Shown here piece after piece: positions 45,011-54,558 of a stretch of DNA of 64,000 nucleotides. The notes under the pieces are model-generated. The model ran no database searches and was not told the DNA's origin. It saw only the letters and a program-made list of their open reading frames with translations. The position numbers were made by a program, and so were the translations under genes. Position 1 is the first letter of the stretch; every line of letters begins with the position of its first letter. Source of the DNA: a virus; IMG/VR virus record IMGVR_UViG_3300045988_095676, positions 26,969 to 90,968 of that record; one strand, written 5' to 3'.

Positions 45011-45163
45011 ATACAATGGCCCAGGGTTACACTTGGGCCTAATTGAAGAAATAAAAGCAGCATTCATAGATTTCCTGCCGGCAGGAACAGTGCTTTACTA
45101 ATTACGATATTTTTAACATGGATTTTGGACAAGATTTAGAACCAGAAGAACTGACCAAGCATT

Positions 45164-45523
45164 ATGATCAGTATTATGGAATTGATTTTGAAACAGAAGA
45201 AGAGGAGGATGAAGAGTATGACTGACGAGGAATTTGTATTGGATAATAAGAAAAGGGTTGTTGTAAGAAAAAGAATATCTTATTTAAGCAAAGGGGATAA
45301 AGTGTGGATTGTGTCTTCCGACGGGTATCTGCTACACACGGACGTGGTTAGAGCCGACCGCGGCCGATCTTATGTGGATATAGACGGTATCCTGTATTGG
45401 AAACGAGGATTGGATGGCAAGCATCGTAATCGTAATAACTACATGCAGTTTGCCATGACACCAGAAGACGGTAAGAAGTATGTCGTATATTACCCGGAAG
45501 GATTTAAAGACAATGACTTATGA
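45164..45523 (+). CDS. hypothetical protein (119 aa)
   Basis: ORF track. Confidence 0.4.
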   Translation: MISIMELILKQKKRRMKSMTDEEFVLDNKKRVVVRKRISYLSKGDKVWIVSSDGYLLHTDVVRADRGRSYVDIDGILYWKRGLDGKHRNRNNYMQFAMTPEDGKKYVVYYPEGFKDNDL

Positions 45524-46539
45524 TGGTCCCGGAAACGCATTTGCTATATAAGGAGTTTAATGGTGTGAAACGTCTTGCCATATCTTATTCCCAGATAGAT
45601 ACGTTTCTTACTTGTCCAATGAAATGGTATAAAACTTACGTGGAGGGCAAAAGGTCTACGGAAAAACAAGAAGCTACGTCTTATGGTACGGTTATTCATA
45701 AGACACTGGAATACTTCTTCAAGAACGGAAGACAGCCTTCTGGCAAAGACCTGGGGGAAGCTATAAGTTACTATGCTTACCAAGAAGACATACCTTGGCA
45801 ATCACCGGAAAATATGATGATAGCCATGAAGCAATCTGGAGAGCTTCTTGCTTGGATTGTGGATCTGTTCAAAAAAGACGGCAATAGGTTTATGATAGCT
45901 GATAGTGATCTTAATCCCTGCGAGAAACTTATCAGACACGGCGCTATAGTTGGAGTCGAAGAAGATTTTGTGCTGCCGTACCGTCTTCCTAAGCCTGTTA
46001 ACATAAATGGAGTAATTCATACTCATGTGTACATAGTAGGATCGGTAGACCTTCATCTGGCTATAAAAAGCAAGAACGTAGTTCACCATTATGTCATAGA
46101 TTGGAAATCAGGTAATAAGGTTTTTGATTCTAAGAAGTTGGAAACGAATTTACAGCATCCTATATATTCGTTTTACATCTATAGAAAATATGGTGGAGTT
46201 CTGCCAGATATGAACATCTATTTCTTTACCAGGACCAGACAATACCAAAAGGTTAAGGTGGATGAGGAACGTAAAACAAAATCTATAGAGATGCTAAATG
46301 ACACTTTGTCTAAAATGTATGATTTTGAAGATAATAGTGTAAAAACATTTCAGGCATACATCCAGGGAGCAGAAGGAGCCAGGTATAGCAAGCGGCGTGC
46401 CACCCTAAGCCAGCCTGTTCCGCAAAACAAGCTACCCTGCCCGTCAGCACTGTGTTACTATTGTGACTTTGGATTACATAACAAAAACGAATGCCCTTTC
46501 TCTTCGGATTGGGATCCGTCTAAAAAGATAAAACGATGA
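45520..46539 (+). CDS. Cas4-like PD-(D/E)xK nuclease with Fe-S cysteines
   Basis: SYSQIDTFLTCPMKWY; GTVIHKTLE; VIDWKSG; QHPIYSFYIY; C-terminal CPSALCYYCDFG...C gives 4 Cys (one N-terminal, three C-terminal) as in Cas4/AddB. Confidence 0.6.
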   Translation: MMVPETHLLYKEFNGVKRLAISYSQIDTFLTCPMKWYKTYVEGKRSTEKQEATSYGTVIHKTLEYFFKNGRQPSGKDLGEAISYYAYQEDIPWQSPENMMIAMKQSGELLAWIVDLFKKDGNRFMIADSDLNPCEKLIRHGAIVGVEEDFVLPYRLPKPVNINGVIHTHVYIVGSVDLHLAIKSKNVVHHYVIDWKSGNKVFDSKKLETNLQHPIYSFYIYRKYGGVLPDMNIYFFTRTRQYQKVKVDEERKTKSIEMLNDTLSKMYDFEDNSVKTFQAYIQGAEGARYSKRRATLSQPVPQNKLPCPSALCYYCDFGLHNKNECPFSSDWDPSKKIKR

Positions 46540-46705
46540 AATACGAGGACGTTCAAAAGTTAAGAACAAAATACCGGCAAGATCCGGAAGTTATAAACGT
46601 AGAATACATGAGAGACGTTGCTGTAAGATGTGGGAATTTCAAGAAAGCATTTGAACTTCAGGAGAAGCTGGAGGATATATGGTTTAACTACTTAAAGGGA
46701 GTCCA

Positions 46706-47035
46706 ATGAAAGAAGATCTAATATGTGGAGTAGCGATCCTTTTGTATTTAGTTTTATTATACTTGCTCACGACAGCTTTCATAAAAACAGGTAGAGCAGT
46801 AGATCGTTATAAGATGAAGAAGAAAACTGACAAAATCAAAGTAGGTCAAAGATACGAACATAAGAACTACTTTGAGGATCCATTTGAAAGAGGCAAGCAT
46901 GTGATTAAGATATTAGACATAAAAGAAGGGTACGTTCTATATGAGTACGAAGAAAAACCATATATACGTTCTTCTGTGAGTCTTGAAGATATTGTTAAAA
47001 AATACATTTTAATTACTGATGTTAAACACAAGTAA
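46706..47035 (+). CDS. hypothetical protein with N-terminal TM segment (109 aa)
   Basis: ORF track. Confidence 0.4.
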   Translation: MKEDLICGVAILLYLVLLYLLTTAFIKTGRAVDRYKMKKKTDKIKVGQRYEHKNYFEDPFERGKHVIKILDIKEGYVLYEYEEKPYIRSSVSLEDIVKKYILITDVKHK

Positions 47036-47038
47036 GTC

Positions 47039-47416
47039 ATGAAAAAAGAAGTCACAATCAAGGAAGATATGGCTGTGTTTTATAAAAATACAGGAAAAGA
47101 ACTATGGATTTATAACGGACTTTTCAGAAACAAGGTGTTGTCTATAAAAAAAGATAAAGCCATTATCATGTGTGAAACTGATGCTGAATATGCTGTACTG
47201 ATAGAAGATAATCAGTTTATTGCCGTAGCAAAAAACATGGATTATGATTACTGCTGCGCATTCACATTAGGTAATGCCGAGGCTTATGGGGATCGTATGG
47301 GCATATCGTGCAGTGTATGCTTGCTTGAAGATAACGAAGATAAAGCAAGGGAGATGTTGAAAGAGGCGATAATAGAACTTTCAAAAAACAGTAAAATAGA
47401 TTGCGATGGGCTTTGA
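47039..47416 (+). CDS. hypothetical protein (125 aa)
   Basis: ORF track. Confidence 0.4.
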   Translation: MKKEVTIKEDMAVFYKNTGKELWIYNGLFRNKVLSIKKDKAIIMCETDAEYAVLIEDNQFIAVAKNMDYDYCCAFTLGNAEAYGDRMGISCSVCLLEDNEDKAREMLKEAIIELSKNSKIDCDGL

Positions 47417-48827
47417 ACTTAGACCTTACCAAAAAGAGGCAGTAGATGCCGGGCTTAAGTTCCTTACAGGAAGATCTAAGAAGCCTGGCATAGAAGTCTT
47501 GCCGTGTGCAGCGGGGAAGTCTTTGATAATTAGCAAGATAGCTCATGAATTAAAAAGACCTATCCTTGTATTACAGCCATCTAAAGAGATTCTGGAGCAG
47601 AATTATGCGAAGGCTGTATCATTCGGTTCTAAACCTACCATATATTCTGCTTCATGTAAAAAAAAAGAGTTATCGGCTATGACTTATGCTACACTTAAAA
47701 GCATAAAGAAAGACGTAGCAAGGTTGAAAGATATAGGGATAGACACATTATTGATAGATGAGGTGCATAGCGGGTATTCTCCTGAAGAAGGTTCTGAATT
47801 TATGGAGTTTATGAACAGGTTCCCAGAGGCGAAGGTGCTGGGCTTCACCGCCACGCCCTGCCGCCTCCGGACCTACAGCTCCATGCTGGAAGGAAACTAC
47901 AGCAAACTTAATATGCTGACGAAAGACGAGCATAATTTCTTTAAGAAGATAGTTCATGTGACTCAAATACAAGAGCTAACTTCTCAGGGATTTTGGTGCC
48001 CTCTTAAGTACGAACGATGGTCGTTTGATGAATCGGCTCTGATATTAAACAGTACCGGAGCCGAATATACCAACGAATCTATTAAAGAAAGCATCGTACG
48101 AAACGGCTTAAACAACTCTATCTACAAGCGCCTTCTTCAACTTATGAACGAGCGTAAAGCTATTTTGGTTTGCATGGATTCTATCGAATCATGTAATAGA
48201 ATATCAGAGTTCATGAATGCCAGGATGGGAGCCATAACCGGTGTCGTAACATCGCTAACAACCAAAAAGAAAAGAGAGCAAATCATATCCGATTTCAAAG
48301 AAGGTAAGTTGAAGGTGGTTTTTAATTATTCAACGCTTGCTACCGGATTTGATTTTCCCGAACTTGATTGTGTGATGTTTGGACGACCAACATTCTCATA
48401 TTCAACATATTACCAGGTGCTCGGCAGGTGCGTCCGCATCCATCCTGACAAGAAAGAGGCGCTGATAGTTGACTGCTGCGACAACATGAGGCGCTTTGGT
48501 CGGATAGAAGACCTGACAATCGAGCAATTCCCTTCTAAGGGCTGGTGTATGTTTGCCGGCGATCAACTTCTGTCTAATATAAGGATGGGTGATATTATTA
48601 CCAAAGACGAGATCCTTCGTCGGGCAGCCTCGATTAAATCTGTGAATGGAGATGGTAGGAGAGAAGACGATCTTGACAGTATAATAATGTGGTTTGGAAA
48701 ATATGAAGGAATTAGATTCAAGGACATACCGGTGTCGTATTTTAGGTTCTTGGCTGAGAATATGGCGGTAAAACCGGGAGATAGGAAAGAAAAGATTATC
48801 GAATATTATAATAGGATAAAAGCATGA
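47406..48827 (+). CDS. SF2 DEAD/DEAH-box-type helicase
   Basis: Motif I PCAAGKS; motif II LIDEVHSG; motif III FTATP; motif VI QVLGRCVRI. Confidence 0.65.
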   Translation: MGFELRPYQKEAVDAGLKFLTGRSKKPGIEVLPCAAGKSLIISKIAHELKRPILVLQPSKEILEQNYAKAVSFGSKPTIYSASCKKKELSAMTYATLKSIKKDVARLKDIGIDTLLIDEVHSGYSPEEGSEFMEFMNRFPEAKVLGFTATPCRLRTYSSMLEGNYSKLNMLTKDEHNFFKKIVHVTQIQELTSQGFWCPLKYERWSFDESALILNSTGAEYTNESIKESIVRNGLNNSIYKRLLQLMNERKAILVCMDSIESCNRISEFMNARMGAITGVVTSLTTKKKREQIISDFKEGKLKVVFNYSTLATGFDFPELDCVMFGRPTFSYSTYYQVLGRCVRIHPDKKEALIVDCCDNMRRFGRIEDLTIEQFPSKGWCMFAGDQLLSNIRMGDIITKDEILRRAASIKSVNGDGRREDDLDSIIMWFGKYEGIRFKDIPVSYFRFLAENMAVKPGDRKEKIIEYYNRIKA

Positions 48828-49186
48828 ACAGCAAAAGACGTAAGAAAATAGAGGATATTATTTCCAATTTGGAAAAGCATAAAACAGATCTTGAGTTTAT
48901 CAAATCAAAGCTGTTAGAGGTCAGGCATAATTTGGATTCAGCCAAGGATGATGTTGATATGATTTTAGACGAGGAGACAGAAGCAAGAGACAATATGCCG
49001 GAGTCATTACAAGATACAGAAAGATATTATCAATCAGATGAGGCTGTAGCTAATATGGAGGCGGTTGTTGATGATATGGAAAGTATTGTAGGGGATTTAG
49101 AGAATGCGGTTTCAACCATTGATGATAAAATCGATGACATAGAAACTGGTATTATAGGGAATTTAGAGGCAGCGATAGGCGCATAG
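48824..49186 (+). CDS. hypothetical acidic coiled-coil protein (120 aa)
   Basis: ORF track. Confidence 0.4.
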   Translation: MNSKRRKKIEDIISNLEKHKTDLEFIKSKLLEVRHNLDSAKDDVDMILDEETEARDNMPESLQDTERYYQSDEAVANMEAVVDDMESIVGDLENAVSTIDDKIDDIETGIIGNLEAAIGA

Positions 49187-49235
49187 TATAAAAAATACAA
49201 TAATAAAATTTAACACAGTATATTTGTATAAGTAT

Positions 49236-49270
49236 AATACGATACATATTTTTGTATCGTATTATTTTTT
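49236..49270 (+). terminator. rho-independent terminator
   Basis: 11-bp stem AATACGATACA / TGTATCGTATT followed by TTTTTT. Confidence 0.65.
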
Positions 49271-49284
49271 ATGTGTTATATTTT

Positions 49285-50019
49285 ATGAAAACAAATGTTA
49301 CAATGGTATCAAAAGACCGAGAATTATTTGGCGTAATAATTAAGCAGGACACTAAAACTTCGTTTATGTCCTTAACAGACCTTCAGGAAGCCTATACGAA
49401 GAAGAGGGTTGAGATGGGGTGGAATGAAAAGAGAATAGAGAATATCCTATCTAATAAGGAGAGTGCGGAACGTGTTTACTATATCCTTGAAAAACAAGGA
49501 TATAAGATAGAATCAGGATTTCCTGGTTTTATACAATCTGTTGAAAAAGAGTCACTTATAAAAGTGATGAAAAAAATGGGAGCTTATAAGACAATGGGTA
49601 GAGGAGAGAATAGGAGAACTATGTGTAATCCATATATATGGGTGCTTGTAGCTATGGAACTAAACCCTATGTTGTATGCTGAGGTTGTTACGTGGTTAAC
49701 AGATAAGCTTATCTTAAACCGAATAGAGGCAGGTGATAAATACAATGTCCTATCAAGAGCTATATCAAGATTTCCGGATGCCGATTACTCCAAGATGGCT
49801 AAAGGCTTAAATTGGATTGTATTTAATGAGCATGAAAGCATGATAAGAAATAGGGCTACACAGGAGCAGTTGAAAGAACTTGAAACCCTACAGTCTAATC
49901 TTGCATTCTGCATAGAGATGGGAACCATCTCTTCTTTCTCTAATTTAATGAACATGATGAGATCTATATATGTAAAGAAATGGGGAGAAGAGGCTGTAAC
50001 TTCTAAAAACGTAAAATAA
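49285..50019 (+). CDS. KilA-N domain DNA-binding protein
   Basis: RRTMCNPYIWVLVAMELNPMLYAEVVTWL resembles the KilA-N C-terminal signature. Start moved to the internal ATG at 49285 because the track start lies inside the terminator hairpin. Confidence 0.45.
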   Translation: MKTNVTMVSKDRELFGVIIKQDTKTSFMSLTDLQEAYTKKRVEMGWNEKRIENILSNKESAERVYYILEKQGYKIESGFPGFIQSVEKESLIKVMKKMGAYKTMGRGENRRTMCNPYIWVLVAMELNPMLYAEVVTWLTDKLILNRIEAGDKYNVLSRAISRFPDADYSKMAKGLNWIVFNEHESMIRNRATQEQLKELETLQSNLAFCIEMGTISSFSNLMNMMRSIYVKKWGEEAVTSKNVK

Positions 50020-50020
50020 T

Positions 50021-50308
50021 ATGGGAGTAAAAGAAATAAGAGAACTACTTAGACTCTACAATCTCGAACATAGTGTCGTCCAGAACAAAAACTCTGGGCG
50101 GTATTCTATTATTCTCCATAACAACATCATAGGAACGAACGTAGATGGAGAGAAGGTAGTTGTGTTCAGAACCATTCCGGATGGAAGCAATACGTTCTCT
50201 ATGGAGCGAAATAGATTCTATGAGGGGTTTGTAGAGGCTTTTGATGACGATAAGGCGATTGAAGCCGTAAAACAGTATTTTGAGAAAAACAGAAATGATA
50301 GGGTATAA
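50021..50308 (+). CDS. hypothetical protein (95 aa)
   Basis: ORF track. Confidence 0.4.
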   Translation: MGVKEIRELLRLYNLEHSVVQNKNSGRYSIILHNNIIGTNVDGEKVVVFRTIPDGSNTFSMERNRFYEGFVEAFDDDKAIEAVKQYFEKNRNDRV

Positions 50309-50360
50309 GACGAAGATGGATTATATTGCTATCGAAATGAGGTAAAACAACGATAAAGCA

Positions 50361-50918
50361 ATGGAAAAGATGGATGATAATACTAAAAATATCCTTTATC
50401 CAAAAGGATCTATTTTTCGCATATTAAAAGATGATATAATCAGTGCCGAATTTAAAATCGTCAAAGGAGCTATAGCGGAGGCAGTATCAGACATAGAAGT
50501 AAATGATAAATATGCTGAGGTTTGTTGCAATGGGGAGACGTTCGTCATAGAAACGGATATTATGGATATTATTCTTACCAAAGACCCCATAGAAAACAAA
50601 TCGGTGAAAAATGACATCATTGACGACAAACTACGATGGGATTTGCTTCCAATGAAAGAGATTGAGGATATTGTAAGAGTCTATCATGCTGGTGCAAAGA
50701 AGTACGGACCCAATAAATGGCAGAACCTTGACAACGGGTTTGAACGGTATCGTGCTGCGGCTGCCAGACACCTAATGGAATACATGAAAGGGGAAAGAGT
50801 GGATTCCGATACAGGATGTTTTCATCTTGCACAATGTGCATGGAACTGTATAGCTATGCTGTGGTATGATAAGCATGGAAAAGGGTTGATACCATTAAAC
50901 AAGGAGGAAAAGAAATGA
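50361..50918 (+). CDS. putative dATP/dGTP diphosphohydrolase-domain protein
   Basis: KKYGPNKWQN...RYRAAAARHLMEY...DSDTGCFHLAQCAWN resembles the phage dGTP-diphosphohydrolase N-terminal domain. Recognised from memory only. Confidence 0.35.
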   Translation: MEKMDDNTKNILYPKGSIFRILKDDIISAEFKIVKGAIAEAVSDIEVNDKYAEVCCNGETFVIETDIMDIILTKDPIENKSVKNDIIDDKLRWDLLPMKEIEDIVRVYHAGAKKYGPNKWQNLDNGFERYRAAAARHLMEYMKGERVDSDTGCFHLAQCAWNCIAMLWYDKHGKGLIPLNKEEKK

Positions 50919-51223
50919 CAATAGAACAACTAAATTATTTATTAAGAAACGAGCTTTATGCTATAAAAAATCATAAAGACAATATTGATAGAATCAAAAA
51001 AGAATACTTTGATTCCAATTATGGGTTAAAAGAAGGAGATAAGATCCGTATTTTACACGAAACAGGAGATGAAATGATAGGCTTCTTGAAAAAAGTTGAA
51101 GTATGTGAAGACGGAGATCTGTACTTGACAATCCAAAAACAAAACGAAAAAGGTGACAGAGGCAGAGGAAAATGGAATATGTATCTATCATCAAAATCAA
51201 TTAAAATTGAAAAATGTGTATAA
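50915..51223 (+). CDS. hypothetical protein (102 aa)
   Basis: SD AAGGAGG before the ATG. Confidence 0.45.
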   Translation: MTIEQLNYLLRNELYAIKNHKDNIDRIKKEYFDSNYGLKEGDKIRILHETGDEMIGFLKKVEVCEDGDLYLTIQKQNEKGDRGRGKWNMYLSSKSIKIEKCV

Positions 51224-51227
51224 TGCC

Positions 51228-52304
51228 ATGAGAGTGTTAAGTTTATTTGACGGAATGTCATGTGGTCAAATAGCGCTAAAAGAAATAGGGATCACACCTG
51301 AAGTATATTATGCTTCCGAGATAGACAAGTTTGCTATTAAACAAACTCAACTAAATTTCCCGAATACAATACAGGTGGGAGATGTTAGGAAAGTAAATGT
51401 ATTGGATTTACAACCCATTGATTTATTAATAGGAGGGTCGCCATGTACCAACCTATCTTCCATAGGGTCAAGAAAAGGTCTTTGCACAAAAGAAAATATT
51501 GAAATCCTATCGCTCGATCAATACATTGAACTAAAAGAACAAGGCTTTGAATTTGAAGGGCAATCCTATTTATTTTGGGAGTACATGAGAATACTTACAG
51601 AAATAAGAGAATACAACCCCAATATATTGTTTCTATTGGAAAATGTAGAAATGGGAAAGAAATGGGAGTCTGTTTTTAATAAAGCCATTGGAACGCAAGG
51701 AATCCATATTAATTCATCTCTTGTATCTGCTCAAAGCAGGAAAAGGATATATTGGACGAACATAAATGGCGGAAACATTCCGCAACCTAAAGATGAAGGA
51801 TTGTTTTTAAGAGATATATTGGAAGATGAAGTGGATGAACACTTCTTTCTTTCTGAAAAGGCTCTTAAAGGGATCGAACTTCACAAAGAAAGAAACAAAG
51901 AAAAGAAAAACGGGTTCGGTGCAGACATAAGAAAACCTTCTGACAAATTCCAAACCATACGAGTAGGTGGAAAAGGCGTATATGATTTGGTAAGTATTCC
52001 TTCAAGAAAAGTAATCCAGTTGAACAAAACAAATGAATTTGGGAAACAACCAAGACAACAGAACAGGATATATGATCCACAAGGAATATCCCCTGCGGTT
52101 TTGGCAAACATGAGTTGCGGAAGCCATGCTATATTAGATAATTTCCGCATACGAAGACTTACTCCTACTGAATGTGCAAAATTGCAAACCATTCCTGAGT
52201 GGTACAAATGGCAATGCAGCAACACTCAACAGTACAAGATGTTGGGAAACGGGTGGACTATTAAAGTGATTGAACATATACTTAAAAGAATAAAAGAATC
52301 ATGA
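51228..52304 (+). CDS. DNA (cytosine-5)-methyltransferase
   Basis: Motif I LFDGMSCG; motif IV GGSPCTNLS; motif VI LLENV; motif VIII QSRKRIYW; motif X GNGW. Start at the ATG at 51228. Confidence 0.7.
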   Translation: MRVLSLFDGMSCGQIALKEIGITPEVYYASEIDKFAIKQTQLNFPNTIQVGDVRKVNVLDLQPIDLLIGGSPCTNLSSIGSRKGLCTKENIEILSLDQYIELKEQGFEFEGQSYLFWEYMRILTEIREYNPNILFLLENVEMGKKWESVFNKAIGTQGIHINSSLVSAQSRKRIYWTNINGGNIPQPKDEGLFLRDILEDEVDEHFFLSEKALKGIELHKERNKEKKNGFGADIRKPSDKFQTIRVGGKGVYDLVSIPSRKVIQLNKTNEFGKQPRQQNRIYDPQGISPAVLANMSCGSHAILDNFRIRRLTPTECAKLQTIPEWYKWQCSNTQQYKMLGNGWTIKVIEHILKRIKES

Positions 52305-52843
52305 TTAAAGCAAGATTTTACATTAAAAAATCCGATTGCGGTAACGACTACCGTCCAGTCAAATGGCCTATAAAATATCCATATTGGTGTAGTGGTGAAT
52401 CCGATGATTCATTCATACTTGTAGTGTATGCCGAAGACGAAGACAGCATAAAAGAGCTGTGGCCGGAAGCATACGATATTAATGTCTTAGAAAAAGATAC
52501 TGAGGTTAAATTCACATTAAGATTTCCTAAGCCTAAATGGTATGAATTGCAAGAAGAGAGATTAGAAGAGTATGATAAATTATATGGTAAATTCGTATGG
52601 GTTACGGACATGTGTCTAAAAGATGGGAAAATAAGAAAGGTAAAAGCCAGAATAGAAGATTGTGGTGGTCTTTTATTAGCCGACACTCCTGGTCGTTACA
52701 CCCCTTATCAGATAGGGGATTGTGCTTTTGAAAGCAAGGAAGAGGCTTTAAAACATGCAGAGGAACAGAGAACGGATTTAATTAAGTCTCTTAGGTTACA
52801 AATACTCGAACTTGAAAATCTAAAATTTGAATGCGATGATTAA
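52301..52843 (+). CDS. hypothetical protein (180 aa)
   Basis: ORF track. Confidence 0.4.
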   Translation: MIKARFYIKKSDCGNDYRPVKWPIKYPYWCSGESDDSFILVVYAEDEDSIKELWPEAYDINVLEKDTEVKFTLRFPKPKWYELQEERLEEYDKLYGKFVWVTDMCLKDGKIRKVKARIEDCGGLLLADTPGRYTPYQIGDCAFESKEEALKHAEEQRTDLIKSLRLQILELENLKFECDD

Positions 52844-53549
52844 TTACGCGGCAAAAGCCAGAAAAGCTTATTTGATAAACAATTTCGATAAGATTCTTAA
52901 CAGTCTTAACACGCTTCATTCAACGGTTGAGACCATGACGTTGTTCGTAAACGACCAGGCTTATAATTACATTCTTAAGCTAAAGGAAGTAATTAAAACC
53001 AGTCCTATGTATAAGCACAATATCAAGCGTCTTTTAAATGACATGGACAAAGAGATAAAGAGGTACAATGCTTCTATCTACTACATAAATAAAGAGCGTA
53101 GTGAGGTTATAGCTGATATAACACAAGCGATGGAGGATTGCCTCATGCCATACATAGACGACCTGGCCGGCGCTATAAGGGCAGCCGTGTGGTCGAGGGG
53201 TGTGTCCGAGGAGCGGACGGAAGCGGCGGTACTGTCCCTAATCGTATCCTCCTTGGCCACGACATCAGGCAGACTTATCTCAGGTGGATATCAGATCATG
53301 AAAGAAATGGGTGGTGGCTGGGGTGGTAATCCATTTACGTTTATGAGCATTGATAAGATAAGACACTTATCTACATCATTATCTGATGCTATTACCGGTG
53401 GGGAAATAGCTCTTGAAGAAAAAGAAGCCAATGATATAACTAAGGCAATGGATGTTTTTATTGAGAAAATGTCTGATTCGGATATTGTCGATAAGGTAAT
53501 TAGCATACTCGAAGAGGCAGAATCTAAAAATAAGGAGGAACGATCATGA
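52827..53549 (+). CDS. hypothetical protein (240 aa)
   Basis: ORF track. Confidence 0.4.
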   Translation: MNAMINYAAKARKAYLINNFDKILNSLNTLHSTVETMTLFVNDQAYNYILKLKEVIKTSPMYKHNIKRLLNDMDKEIKRYNASIYYINKERSEVIADITQAMEDCLMPYIDDLAGAIRAAVWSRGVSEERTEAAVLSLIVSSLATTSGRLISGGYQIMKEMGGGWGGNPFTFMSIDKIRHLSTSLSDAITGGEIALEEKEANDITKAMDVFIEKMSDSDIVDKVISILEEAESKNKEERS

Positions 53550-53737
53550 ATTACTTAGATGGGTACGTAGAAGAGGTTCTTTCCGAGCCGTACTATGATG
53601 ATTACGGTTCTGGTATTTTTAGGTGGTGGGTGAAAGTGTCTTACATTTGCGAAGGCATAGGAGCTGTCACTACCTTAATGTTTGATACGAGAGAAGAAGC
53701 AGAGGCAGTAAAACCAGGTTACAAATTTTTATGTTGA
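53546..53737 (+). CDS. hypothetical protein (63 aa)
   Basis: SD AAGGAGG before the ATG. Confidence 0.4.
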   Translation: MNYLDGYVEEVLSEPYYDDYGSGIFRWWVKVSYICEGIGAVTTLMFDTREEAEAVKPGYKFLC

Positions 53738-53744
53738 AAATAAT

Positions 53745-53978
53745 ATGAAGTATTTTATTTTATTGATGACATTAGTATTATCATCATGTTCAAATAATCA
53801 TCAGGTTAATGACGGATGGGTTATATATGATCTACGTCCTTTACAGGGTGGACGTGTGATGTATTATGCTGAAGACGAAAGAATTTCAATATTTAAACAT
53901 AATAGAATCATAAAATTCGTTGGATACCAAGGAGAATACAATATCGGAGATTCTATTAAGATCGTAAAAGTTAAATAA
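53745..53978 (+). CDS. small lipoprotein
   Basis: Signal peptide MKYFILLMTLVLSSC with lipobox L-S-S-C. Confidence 0.5.
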   Translation: MKYFILLMTLVLSSCSNNHQVNDGWVIYDLRPLQGGRVMYYAEDERISIFKHNRIIKFVGYQGEYNIGDSIKIVKVK

Positions 53979-53979
53979 T

Positions 53980-54468
53980 ATGGAAAAGAATTTAAAACTC
54001 ATATGTCCAAAATGTGGCACCCCTCACCAGCCTCATTCTCCGCACACGATGGATGCAGATGGATTTGAAAGGAGTGAGATAAGAACTGTCATGGAAGACA
54101 GGGGATGGTGCTACGAATGCTCTTTTTGGCAAAACTTGTACGACAAGCACAAAGACGATCCTGGATGGGTTAGGATAGACGGTGTAAGCTGGGTGCTTAA
54201 GCCTATGGTGGAAAACGTACCGAGCGGATGGAACAGCCTTGGATGTGGTGGAAGAAAAATGTATATCAATATCGAAGGGAAAGGCATTGTTACATCAAAT
54301 AACTGCTGGTGTCAAGGTGATGTTTCGGGCGCATTCAAGGATCTTATGCCTGATAATGCTACTTGGGCTACGAAGGAGGAATTTGACAAAGCTCCTGTAG
54401 TAGGACATATCATAGAAGGTATTGGTTTAGTTTTCACAGATAGGGGAGGTCATGAAGTTAATGCTTAG
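53980..54468 (+). CDS. hypothetical Cys/His-rich protein (162 aa)
   Basis: CPKCG...H..H..C pattern; last plus-strand gene before the strand switch. Confidence 0.4.
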   Translation: MEKNLKLICPKCGTPHQPHSPHTMDADGFERSEIRTVMEDRGWCYECSFWQNLYDKHKDDPGWVRIDGVSWVLKPMVENVPSGWNSLGCGGRKMYINIEGKGIVTSNNCWCQGDVSGAFKDLMPDNATWATKEEFDKAPVVGHIIEGIGLVFTDRGGHEVNA

Positions 54469-54511
54469 AAACTTATTTCATGTTCTGCTTATACAAGAAA
54501 AGATGGTAACT

Positions 54512-54558
54512 ACAACAATCCCCAACCATACAATAGGCGTACGGTTGGGGATTGTTGT
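54512..54558. terminator. perfect 15-bp hairpin at the strand switch (bidirectional terminator candidate)
   Basis: ACAACAATCCCCAACC-atacaataggcgtac-GGTTGGGGATTGTTGT between convergent genes. No clean T-run. Confidence 0.5.

Noticed and set aside
53745-53978. o-spanin (outer-membrane lipoprotein lysis component)
   Set aside because: There is no adjacent i-spanin, endolysin or holin, and the location is in the early/metabolic block. Kept as a generic lipoprotein.
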